In this document: piece by piece, positions 24,801 to 36,800 of the stretch
Numbering within the stretch: the stretch's first letter is position 1
How the letters are laid out: each line of letters begins with the position of its first letter
NCBI GenBank assembly: GCA_964188305.1
Contig: OZ076888.1
Source of the DNA: Podarcis bocagei
Lineage: Eukaryota
DNA: 64,000 bases
Direction: 5' to 3' (one strand)
Notes under the pieces: model-generated
The model's input: the letters and a program-made list of their open reading frames with translations, nothing else
The model's database searches: none
What the model was told of the DNA's origin: nothing
Translations under genes and position numbers: made by a program

Positions 24801-27800
24801 CCCAAAGGCTGTTGTAAAGGGCAAAGAAGGCTGCAGCCACTAATGAAATGATGTGGTCGCCCCATTCTGAAAAGTTGTGGGAGATTTAGGGCTGTGTGTG
24901 TGTGTATGCATGCATGCATGTATGCCTTGCAATCTTCTTCTTCTCAAACTATTTCCTCAGTTGGGATGGCCTTTTTTGTTGTCCCAGCATGGGCAATGGT
25001 CAAGCTCAGCAGCAATTACATGGACATGCCTAGCAGTTTTTGTATTGCATGGTAGCTTCAAACTAGACATAAACTGAAACATAGCACAAATCTTGTCAGG
25101 GATGCAGCAGGTCCCCACTTATGTAAGGGGCTGTGCCGCCGTGGTTAGGAGTGGTCTCAAGGTTCCTTCCCCCCCCCAAGTCAATTAATTGGTTAAAAGC
25201 AAGGCAATTTAATCAGCTATTTAACCACTCAGTATAAATAAGTACAGTATCTTAATGCAGGAAATATTTTTGGAGATGTTTAACACAGCGTCACTTTACT
25301 AAATAGGTAAATCATTAACTGTCTAGCAAATCATCTTAAGCCGTTGGCCCTGGCCCAAACAGCAGCTTCTGATATGGTGCATCTATGCAGGGTGTGGAGG
25401 GGTGGCTGCTGTTCGGGGGGGGGGGGAATTAACAGCTCCATAGCTTTTCCCATGTGCTTCTGAGAATTGAAACCCTTGTGTAAATCAATAGGAGGACATA
25501 GATGTCAAAGGGACCTTTCACACCCTTTCCAATTAAGAGCTGCGTTTTATTTGCAATGAATTAATCACACCAGTTGATTAATATTCTCAGTTCTAATTGC
25601 TGCTGATGCCTTTGGCCCTTTGATAAAGTGGGACACTTTATAATGGTGATATAAGGGCAGACTGAAATCTAGATTTCCCTGGAGAAACATAGGATAATGT
25701 CTGCTTTCAAGATCTCCTATTCCATCACCATGCCGTCTCTTTCCACTGTGAACCCTTTGGCTTGTGCCTTGGCAGGTCAGGAGGAGACAAGCTGCTTCCC
25801 ACGCCCTCAGTGTCCCCAGGAGTGCACTTGCCTAGACACTGTTGTTCGCTGCAGCAACAAGCACCTGAAATCCCTCCCCAAAGGGATCCCCAAGAATGTC
25901 ACAGAGCTGTGAGTAATGCTGCCCTTCTGCTGACGCTGCATCCGGGAAGAAGGGGCAATGTGGGAACTGGCAAGTCGCACCCATGGATGAAGGGGCTGGG
26001 AACAGCCTAGTGAGGGGCATGCAGCTTTATACCTTGCACTGTTCTGCAGATCATCCCCAAAAGCTAAACACTGATCCAGTGCATGCCACATTCTCTGTGG
26101 GTTCAAAACTGGATGCCACTGAACTCTGAAGGGATTTTTTATTTAGGGGAATGAGTTCTGTGGCAGGTGGAAGGGGCCTGTAGTGCTGTTATATTACTCT
26201 GCAGCGTTAATGAATCCAGCGTTGATACCCTAGAATCAAACAGCAAGGCAGCCTGAGACAAACATAGTTTCAGATTTAGGAGAGCACGTATGCCACCCTG
26301 TTAGAAATACGGGTGTGAAACACAGGCATTTGCAAGTACAAGATAACTCAGATGGTTCTCCCTTAGCAGGCACCATTAACAGAGGAGCAGGGACAGTGCT
26401 TATTACTAGTTATAGCTTCTAGGTTTAGAGTCCTTTGAAGACCATTGTTGGAAGTTTAACAGTCCTCTCCTGTATTGCTGCTGTGACCTCTGATGCATCC
26501 TTCATTGTCCTTGCAGCTACTTGGATGGCAACCAATTCACCCTGGTTCCTGGACAGCTCTCCACCTTCCGTTACCTACAGCTGGTGTAAGTATCTGAGAA
26601 GAAGTGGCCTCGCGTGGGTCCCCGAGAGCTTGCCATAGTCTTTTTTCAGAGACATAGTCTTTTTTCAGAGAGGCAGGAGATGGGCTGTGGGCTGTGGCCT
26701 TTTCTCAGACATTTGTGCAGCATGTCTGTGGAAATTTTTAGACCAGGCCTAGGTGGGGAGTGGTGCAACTCATACCTCAGTGAACGCTGATCAATTGATT
26801 TGGCTTACATGGTATCAGCCTTTGACTAGTACAGAGGAGCTGGTTGGGGGCACAGGAGATCTTTGTGGAATCAGGTGACCATTCTGTTTTCAGAATAAAG
26901 AGAATAAAGCAGGTGCAGAAAGGCCGAGTGGCACCCAGATGTTGTATCTCCCACCTGGTTCTTCCATCAAAATGCAAAAAAAAGCCTTTTCGTTAAAACA
27001 CACATATACCATAGAGCGATATGGAAGTAGAGAAGCTTCTGAAAAACAACAACAAGAGGGTGGTCAAAGAGGCTAGCATGAAGGATAAGAAATAATTTTT
27101 GCCTAAGGGAGAATTTGAGGGGAGGCATAGGACCCATTCTGAATTACATAAAATTATGCTTAACATATTAGCTTGTACAGCTGAAGAGGAGGTGAGAGGT
27201 GTAAGGCAAGAAAATTAACTATTAAATGTTTTTAGATTTTAGCCACCTTGGTTATGGGGTCAGATTCCCAAAAGAGGCTAAAATGCAAATGCTGTACAAT
27301 TAAAAAAGCTGGATTCTCTTGAGCAAGATGCAGTTAACTCAGCTCAGGCTATTGGGTGAAGTAAATAATTCTAAAAACACCATCTAGTCCATCTGACTTG
27401 GGATTTGGAGTTCATCCATCTCTCTATTTACTTTGGTTTCCCTGGGCATTAGAATAGCTTTGCTTTTCTGCTAAGGCACTGTGAGTCCTTTAGGAACTGA
27501 TTTCAGTTCCGAAAGAGGTAGATTACCCTTCTGGCATCTCTCTCATATGTGGTTCCTGGAATTTTCTGAATGATAGCCTTTTCCCCTTCCCCATTGACCG
27601 CACCTCACTGACTTTTCATCTCAAATGTTTGTTTATTGCCTGCCTAAGGAATTCCAAAGGAACTTCACAGTTTATTTTATTTGCTGGCTGTTGAAATGCA
27701 GTTGAGTCTAAGTCTTAAGCACACTGACTCCATGCTCTGCAGGTCATCTTGTGGCTTTCCCTGGCCTTCAGAGCATGTGCACTGCTAGATTTCCTTCTTC

Positions 27801-30800
27801 CTACATGATACAGTTTATCAAGATTCCTTTCTAGCAGCACCAGACAGAGAAGAGTTTAGAAGAATTAGCTGACATCATGCAGTCATCGGCCCAGAGCTGT
27901 TGCCAAAGGAGAAGGCAGATTTGAAGGTGCCACCAGTGCTGCATCTGCTGGATGTTCAATCTGTGGAGCCACTGTTCACATGAGAGTGTCCTTAGATATG
28001 CAAAAGACTGTAGAGTTTGAATGCAGAAATCTGGGAAGGACAGAATTGTTCCATCCCTATTTTCTCAAATGGAAATAAGGACATCCCATTCCATAATGAT
28101 TATTTTACTATTTTTACTCCACACATCTTATTGGGTTGCCCCAGCACTCTGGGCAGCTTCCAACATACATAAAATCATAATAAAACATTATTATTATTTT
28201 TTAAAAAAATCTTCCCTGTACAGGATTGCCTTCCTGTGGCTTGGGAGTTGGATAACTCCATATACCCTCCAACATTTCTCCAATGAAAATAGGGATATCC
28301 TAAGGAAAAGCAGGACATTCTGGGATCAAATCAGAAACCAGGATGGCTTCTCTAAATCAGGGACTTCCCTGGAAAATAGGGATACTTGGGGGGTCTGTTC
28401 TATAGGAAGAGAGAGTTAAATGTGACGTGAGCTTGCACAGTGCTTTTGTCTTACAGGGATCTGAGCAACAACAAGATCAGCTCTCTCAGCAACTCATCCT
28501 TCACCAATATGAGCCAGCTCACCACTCTGTGAGTGCCCAATACAGCATTTGAATAGCAGATCAGAAAGGGAGGATGTCCTACTGCCTCCAAGCAAAAAGA
28601 GGCCTCCTCTACAGGGAGAGAAATGCCTTTTTAAATGACTGATGTTACAGTATACTGGCTTATACTGTGCAAAGCAGGGTAGAAATGCCATTGATCCCTG
28701 GGGTCTACTGCCTAGCCAAAGAGAACATCAATTGATGGGGTGGCAGTTGCTGGTTCCAACTAACTAAACAGGAATGCATGCCTACTGCAGTTCATTCTTG
28801 TCTACAAAGTGTTCTGTGACAACAACTACTTATAATCTGGAATTTGCTTAAATCCATGTGACCCGTACACATGTACTCGTCTGTTCCTATCCTGATATTA
28901 GCTTATAAATCCTAAAGCTGCTACATCATCATTAACGTTAGGTTAGGAGGTTTCTTTCTGTTCTATTGACTGTGGTGTTCAGTTTCTGAGTTCCAAGCTT
29001 AAGGGTCAACCAGAAAGGCTGGAAACTTATTTTCATTTAAAAGACAAATGTAGGATTGAACGCCTCAGTCAATAAATACAATTAAATTGTTTTCTAGCAG
29101 CCAGAGCCTTGAAATTACAGGATTTTAGTGGGATTTCAGTCATCCCAATTGAAAGGGAGCTGGTGACACATATTGTTGATTGATCTCTTGAGTAATATAT
29201 TTAAAATCATCTTAGCAGTAAATAGAATGCCACTGCTATTTAACTGAAAGACACCTATCCTTTTAAAAAAAAAAAAAGTTGAACTGAGTTGAATAGAAGT
29301 AATGTAGAAAGTAAAAATCCTTCATTGGCCAGCAGACCCTATTATTTTCTGTGTTGCCATCAAAGTTGCAATTTTAGACTCGTGCCAACTACTTGACCAA
29401 TCTGGAGAGAGTATGAACTTCATGGGTTGTTAGCATCGTCATTGAGTGGAATCCAGCCATACCCCAAGAACACACTGTGCCCCAGTTTATGTGAGTTGCC
29501 CATTAGAGACTCTTGAAAGAAACAATGGCTTGGCTCCTAAGGTGTGCTAACTTAGGGAACTTCACAGAAGGAAAATTTCCTGTCCGTCCCCCCCCTCCCC
29601 CGTGCCCTGCAAAAAGCCTGTCAGTAGGCTTGGTGGGGGTGGCTCCTGAACAATGGGGGTTTGGGCACAGAGGTTTGCTGGAGGAGGAAAGGCCAGGAGG
29701 GTTTCCTTCTGTGAATTTTCTTGCATTAGCTTACCTTAGGATCTGAGTCCAATTTTAGGGAGACCCCCCACCCCACCTGCAGGAGAAGTGTTTTTGATGG
29801 GCACAGGGAGCAGGAGGGAATAAACTTTCCTTCCTTTAACTAATATGGGGCTGGGGGAGGGATATCAGACAGTATGTGGGCTGGGGTTTTTTTAGGAATG
29901 TGTGATGATTCAAACTCTTCCTTTTCTCCACCATCCCTCAGGATCCTCAGCTACAATGCCCTGCAGTGTATCCCTCCCTTGGCCTTTGAGGGTCTCCGTT
30001 CACTACGGCTGCTGTAGGTGCCTTGTATTCCTGTATTCCCCTCTGCCCCAGTTCAAGGAGAATCCCCTCACTGGAGTCTGACTTTGGCCTAATTCCTGGG
30101 AAACTGTTACTTTAAGAAGTGAGCAGCCAGGCAATTGTTGGGGAGGGAGAACAATGGGCTGAGGGACCCTCCATTTGCTTAGTTTGTGTGTGTTATGTGT
30201 CATATGGACATCCACTTTGCTCTCCTTGTTTGTTTGGCTAGTTAGGGCTCAGCTACACATCATCTGGGCACAGAGGAGGCAGTCGTATCATAAGACCGCG
30301 TGTTCATAATTCAGTGCTTGACATATGATGCAGATGGTATAGGGGGGAGGAGTCTAAAAACCCCAATTACTGACTTCCCTGGTTTTAGGCAGATCATGCT
30401 CCCCTAACCTTCTTAAAGGGTCCATCAAAACAGGTAAGACAGGTGGGTCCCACAGTCCAGGACACTGAGAATGCTACTTGTGTTTTGTGCACAGGTCCCT
30501 CCATGGAAATGATATTGCTACACTTCCTGAGGGGATATTTGCTGATGTCATCTCCCTATCTCACCTGTGAGTATTTGCATCAGTTTGAACACCCATTCTT
30601 TCCTCTTGCATGAGAATCCCAGCTTGGCACTACTACATGATGCTCTGTGGGACAGTACTTGGAAGGCAAAAGCTAGAAAGCATCCTTTGTTTCCCGTTGT
30701 TTATCCACCAGGTCAGAGAATGATGCTAGGCAGCGGTAAAGCTTATTTTCATTTTGGTGTGATGGCTGCCTTGGCTGACATGATGGCAGACGTTGTGTGC

Positions 30801-33800
30801 TCTGCATGCTGAACAGCAGCAGGAACTGGTCTGGTTCTGCTTTCTTGCAATGTTGCTGAAGTTCCTCCTGGCACCTTTTATCAGGAGACAGCAACCAAGC
30901 TTGCAGTCCTGTAGTTTGCACCTCTTAAGTAAGGCAAAGGAGTTAGCATGTGTGTGCGCGCGCGCGCGCGCGCACACACACACACACCAGGCTGTACTGG
31001 CTCTTAATGCCCAGTTGACTGTGGGTGGGGTGGGGGAAGGAAGTTGGGGAGGAAGTTGTGTTGTGCCTCTTGTCTTCTACTGCACTTCAGAATAATGCAG
31101 GAGAAACCAACGTAGACCAGCACCCCAATGCTCAGAACTATAAAGCACTGCAACAGACTCTACCTGGGTTAGGGTCTAAGGAGAAGGATGGGGAAAGGTA
31201 CATTTAGGGGAAGACTGGGGTGTGTTTTTTGTTTGGGGTTTTTCCCCCTAGCAGTACCCTCAGCCTGCAGAGCAATTTCAGCCTTCATTGTTTCTCAATT
31301 TACATACATCTGAAAAGATTTTAGATATGCTAATAAGCAGCACCTCTAGGCAAGGCGGCAACCCTAGGGACTCCCTCTATGTGTGTTCATCACTCAGCAC
31401 CCGCACCCTGAAGTGATGAGTGGTACCAACACCATGCATTACGGTGGCCGCAATTTGCACATTTAGCTGCATCTTATTGAGTGATGTTGTCAGGAACTGA
31501 GATAGCAAGTTGCAAGCCAGCATGTGTGAATCATACCTTTAAGAACAGTATGAAGAAAGAGAGAGACTACCTCAGATTGCAGCTATGTTGCTCTATGAGG
31601 GCAGTTTCAGAGTCTGAAAATAGAAACCTTACTTATTAATCAGTTCCACAGCCACTAGAGGCAGCCAAAGAGATCAAATGCAATGAATGACAGCCCCCCC
31701 CCTCCAGACCTTAAGGAGTTATGTAGAGATTCTGGTTCTCCCTGCTTTACAGAGCCATCGGTGCCAACCCACTGCACTGTGATTGCCACATGCGCTGGCT
31801 CTCAGGCTGGGTCAAAACTGGCTACAAGGAGCCTGGCATTGCCCGCTGTGCTGGCCCTGCGGATATGGAGGGCAAACTGCTGCTCACCACTCCTGCCAAG
31901 AAGTTTGAGTGCCTAGGTAAGTGAATAAATACTTTATAGGATACTTTATTCATTTTGTAGAGCAGCTTTGTCCAAACAATGGCTCTTTCTAGTCCACCCT
32001 ACCCTGCCCAGTTGCTCTTTGGCCCTCTTCCCTTTCCCAACCAAACTGGGACCGAGGTTGGGGCACCTTAGCTCCAAGGCAGGTCAGGTAAACAGTTTGG
32101 GTAACTCCAAGTACTATAGGGCTTGGGCCTGTTGGTTGAGCATGAGGCACATAGTGAGGGAGCATGAGGGCTGTTAATGTGTGAGGAGGGGGGAGATGAA
32201 AGGAAGGGTTTTATGCTAGTAATTGGAACTGTGGCGAGGCTTGTGCAACTTCTGTGTCTCACCACATTGGCCCACACATGTGCTACTCCTATCATGTTTG
32301 GTCCATAGTGTTGAGAAGGTAAGATGAGTGTCTTGGTGAAGGAAGACCTGGAGGAAGGACACAGGCTGGAGGCTATGTTGCCTCCTCCTTCCATAGCCTT
32401 CTCATCCAGCTAAGTCACTAGAGACAAATCCAGCCTAGCTGACGTGGTAAGAGTGTCTATATAGGAGCACTCCAACTGTTCGCATCTTCCAGCCTGTTCC
32501 GGGCCTCTCTATATGGCAAACCCCATTGGGCTGTTTGTTCATCGTCCAAAGGTCTTTCCCATCAGTTGCCACCCAGCCCTCCCTTTTTAAAAACTGGAGG
32601 AGCCAGGGATTGAACCTAGGAAATTCTGCATGCAACGCATGTGTCCCAGCGCTGAGCTACAGGGCCTCCTATTTAAAGAAGAAAAATAAGTAAGCACAAC
32701 CTGGCTTTGTGCCACAGAGTGGGGTGGGCAGGCTCTCCTTTCAGAACTCCTCCATCTGTTAATATATATTCAGCTCCACCATTAATCCGTTTGCGATCTC
32801 CTCTATGTTTCTGGCAAGTGCCTTGCAAAAGATTCTGGCCAAGAAGGGGAACAGTCTTCACAGGAGGATGTGTGGAAATCCTCCCTCCCGTTCAGTGATT
32901 ATTTGGCTCTGACCCCAATTCCTAGTTGTCTGGTTTCTTTCATCTATGCAGGGCCTCCTCCCCTCATCATCCAGGCCAAGTGTAACCCCTGCCTCTCCAG
33001 TCCCTGTCAAAATAGGGGCACCTGTCAACAAGACCCTTTGGACTCCTACCGCTGTATCTGCCCCAGTGGCTACAAGGTGAGAAGAGGGATGGGGGGGAGG
33101 AGAGGGGTGACTAGGGAGGGTGTAGGGATCATTGACAAAGGGAAGGATTGGGCTTTCTCCCTGCTTTGGGGACCATAGCTTCTGACAGCTTGTGTCGACC
33201 AAAAGAAAAAGGCTCAGAGAAGGACCAAGACATGGTGGAAGGAACCCATTCTCCAGTTTGACAACCAGCCTAGTTTATCACTGCCATCAGGAATGGGCGA
33301 GATACACTCTCAGTCCCTACTGATTGGACCTAGAGCTGCCACTATTTCTGGGGGTGGGAGTGGGGAATGTGGAACTGTCTGTTTCATCTGAATGTTCGCC
33401 AGATGTTTTGATCTAGAGCGTCCATTGTCCCTGATCATGATGGAAACTGAACTTCAAAACTTACAGAGGACGCTTGGTTGGGAAGGCAACTCTTGACTAA
33501 TAGCTATAAAGGAAATCCTGGTGGCGAAAACAAGCAATCCCAAAAAGGACAGCCTGCATTATTTATAGGCAGAAATTCCTATTATTATTATTTTGTTGTT
33601 CTTTTATGGCTGATGAGCAAGGACCTGAGACTGAGAAACCTCACGTCCTGGCCAGAGCTTTATCATTTGTTCTTTGTATTGTGGCTGCTACTTCTCCTTG
33701 TCTTATTCCAGGGCCAAAACTGTGAACTCTCTGTGGATGGCTGCTCCAGCAGGCCCTGTGAGAATGGTGGGACCTGCCTGTCTCACGAGGGCAGTGAAGC

Positions 33801-36800
33801 CAGCTTCACGTGAGTGGCTGCTCAGGTTCTCAAATGGGGGGAAATGGTAGAGATTTCGGTAGCGACTTTGGGGAAGAGTTTAGGGCAAGAATTAGAAGAA
33901 AGCAAAAGGAAAAGTTTGGGGCATGACAAGGAGAATAAAGACAGCAGGTCTCCCTAAGAAAGAGGAACCTGGTGGGGCTTGAAAGGAGAAAATAGGGGGA
34001 AGGGGAGTGGGGGTTGACCGGCTGATGGGCTTGAGAGAGTTTCATACCTTGTTCTGTGAGGCTTTGGTGGTATGTGGTGGAGATGAGAGCACCTCTTCAG
34101 CAGTAAAAAAAGGGGCGAGGAGGAGGAGGAGGAGAAGTGGGAGTCCACAGGGATGTTACTGGGCAGAGAGAGATGAGGTCTCTTTGATATCCAAGGGATT
34201 CCTAATTGGTAAGGCAAAAAGCATCACCTTTTATGCTTACCTTGGGCTTAAAAATTAGCATAAAAGCAAAGAAGGCAAAACCTGTCTTCCTGGCAGTGAA
34301 TGAGTGTAAAGAAATTAAAATGGTGTCTAAGATGTTTGCAAAATGGCTTCTTACAAATGCATCTTAATCTGCTGTTTATGTGAGTTGGAGAAAAGAGATT
34401 AACGTGTCTTTTGGACTCTGCAGACAAGAGCCTCAGGCGATCAAAACTTCTTGATTAGTAATCGTGAGAGTGATATTTTGGTGGCCATATCCTTGTTTAT
34501 GGTGCTCTTTCGTTTACTTCTAAATTTACAAATTATAAGGGAGGAATGGCAGAGATTTACAGTGAAAGGAGACAATGAATTTGCCAGGGGCTTTTGCAGC
34601 TCAGCTTGCTTGGAACATGTGAGCTTGGCTTTCTGTAATGGAGACTCTCTTGAGGCCTCTCCAGACTAAAACCAACGTCCTTCTGAGGTGCAGGCCATCA
34701 TAACAAAAGCTGGATGTTTTTAGGGGTGCTTTGTAACAGATTTGGGGAAAAGATTTGGGAAGCATTCTGTTGATACTGTGCAAAAAGGCACTCTTTACCC
34801 TCCACCAAGATTGTCCACCACCACAATCACTAATCCTGGAAGCCGTAGTCAGTTTCTTTCTGTAAAAATGGGTTGGGACCCGGCAGGGGGAACCTTTTAA
34901 GACGTATGCAGCCTCTTGGGGAGCTGTAGCTCTGGTTTGCAGTTGGACCTCAACGCACAGGGCTCCTCCCCACTTCACTCTCCAGAGTACAGTGTGGGTG
35001 GCTTTCTGGGAAACAGACCATAATTAGTGGCTGAAAATAAACCACAGGCAGTAGAGAGAGAATGGGGCCCTAGCCCTTTCTGTGTACCCAAATTGCCAAG
35101 ATGCTAAATGGCCTCTCATCCCGTCACCATAACAACCCAGCATCTTCAAAGCCAGCACATAATGTCCTTTGGGGGTTGACAAAGCTGTTTGCCTGCACAT
35201 GCCAGACTAGATTCTGCCTTTGGGGAAAGGTAGTAGGCAGGGAGATGAGCCCTCTAGGAAAGGATATCAAGACCCTCAGCCTGCAGAGCCATTCAGTATG
35301 CCAGAGACGAAAGGTCATCAGTTCTTCCACCTCTGCTTCCTCTTCCAGCTAAATAGGCTACAGGCAGTATAAATGGAAATGACAGCATATGCAGCACACA
35401 CTCACCTGTGCTTTTAGTACAACAGACCCCCCCCAACACGCAAATATATGTGAATGCAATGCGTCCCTTTCCTGATGTGTGCACAGATGTGACATGGTGC
35501 ACGTAAATGAATCTCAAGTTCAGACCCACGCAGTACACAACCAGGCACATGCATGCATACACAGCACCACATGCATTATGTACATAGAACTGTAGATACA
35601 GCACACACACTCATCTAGCTTGGGCATGCAAATGCAGCCATAGGTATAGCTTTGAAAATTGATTTTATTTGCCTGTTTGCTGGTTTACGTTTTTATTTAA
35701 GATAGTTGTATACTGCCCTTCATGAAAATGGATTTCAGGGTGGTTTATGTAAAAAAATTCAACAACCAGAGAAAAATACAGTAAACACACCCGAAACCAC
35801 TGCTGAGTAGCAAGAAACAGTTAAGTGACAATACTTAAACATTTAGGCACATTTAATGTTGAGTGCAATATCCTCTGACTTCTCACATCTGTGTCTTTTT
35901 CTTGCCCATCCCAAGGGTCCCCTTTTCTTCTTCTTCTTTAACCCCTCCCTTCCCCTGCCTGTTCCACTACTCAACTTAAAGCCCCTCCAAGTCATAGCTG
36001 TCAACTTTTCCCTTTTCTTGCGAGGAATCCTATTCGGAATAAGGGAACTTCCCTTTTAAAAAGGGAAACATTGACAGCTATGCTCCAAGGGTGTCTGCCC
36101 CAGAACTCTCCTGGAAACAATAATCTCTTTAACCCCTTCTATGCCGAGTGGCCTCCAAAGTGGATCCATCTACATCCTACCAACCAGAGATGAAAGTGCC
36201 TCAGGTTCAAGACAGTGCAATATTCAGAACCATTGGTGAAGCATTGAATGTTCTTCTGGCAAAGCCCTGACTTCCTTTCACTCTTCTTTGAGCTCTTTTT
36301 GAGAATGATAAAGAAAAACCACCCACAAAACCCCTGAAATGCCCCAAAGTGAGCAGCTTCTAACCTCTCCGTTTGTTAAACAACCCTCATTTCCCTTTTG
36401 ACAGGTGTTCCTGTGTGGATGGATTTGAAGGTCCAACCTGCAGTCTAAGGACCAACAACTGCAACAATAACAATTGCAAGAACGGTGCCACATGCATTAA
36501 TGGATCCAGCAATTACACATGCTTATGCCTTCCGTTGTTCACAGGTAGGGCCAGGCTTGTAATGGAAGCGGATGCACTTGAAGAGAAGAAGAGAGCTAAG
36601 GTAGCAAAGCACAAACTTCTAAGCTGGTCAGTGCCAGAGGCAGGTTTATCCTAAGGATCTGACTCCAGTGCCCAAGATTTACTTTTTTTAGTTTAGTGGT
36701 AGCACCTCTCCTCCACCAGTACCTGAAGATAACCCAATGCATTTTTTTAAACTAACTCTAGCTTCCCAAGTAGTAGTTTCCCCTTCCCTGCCAGGTTAGT

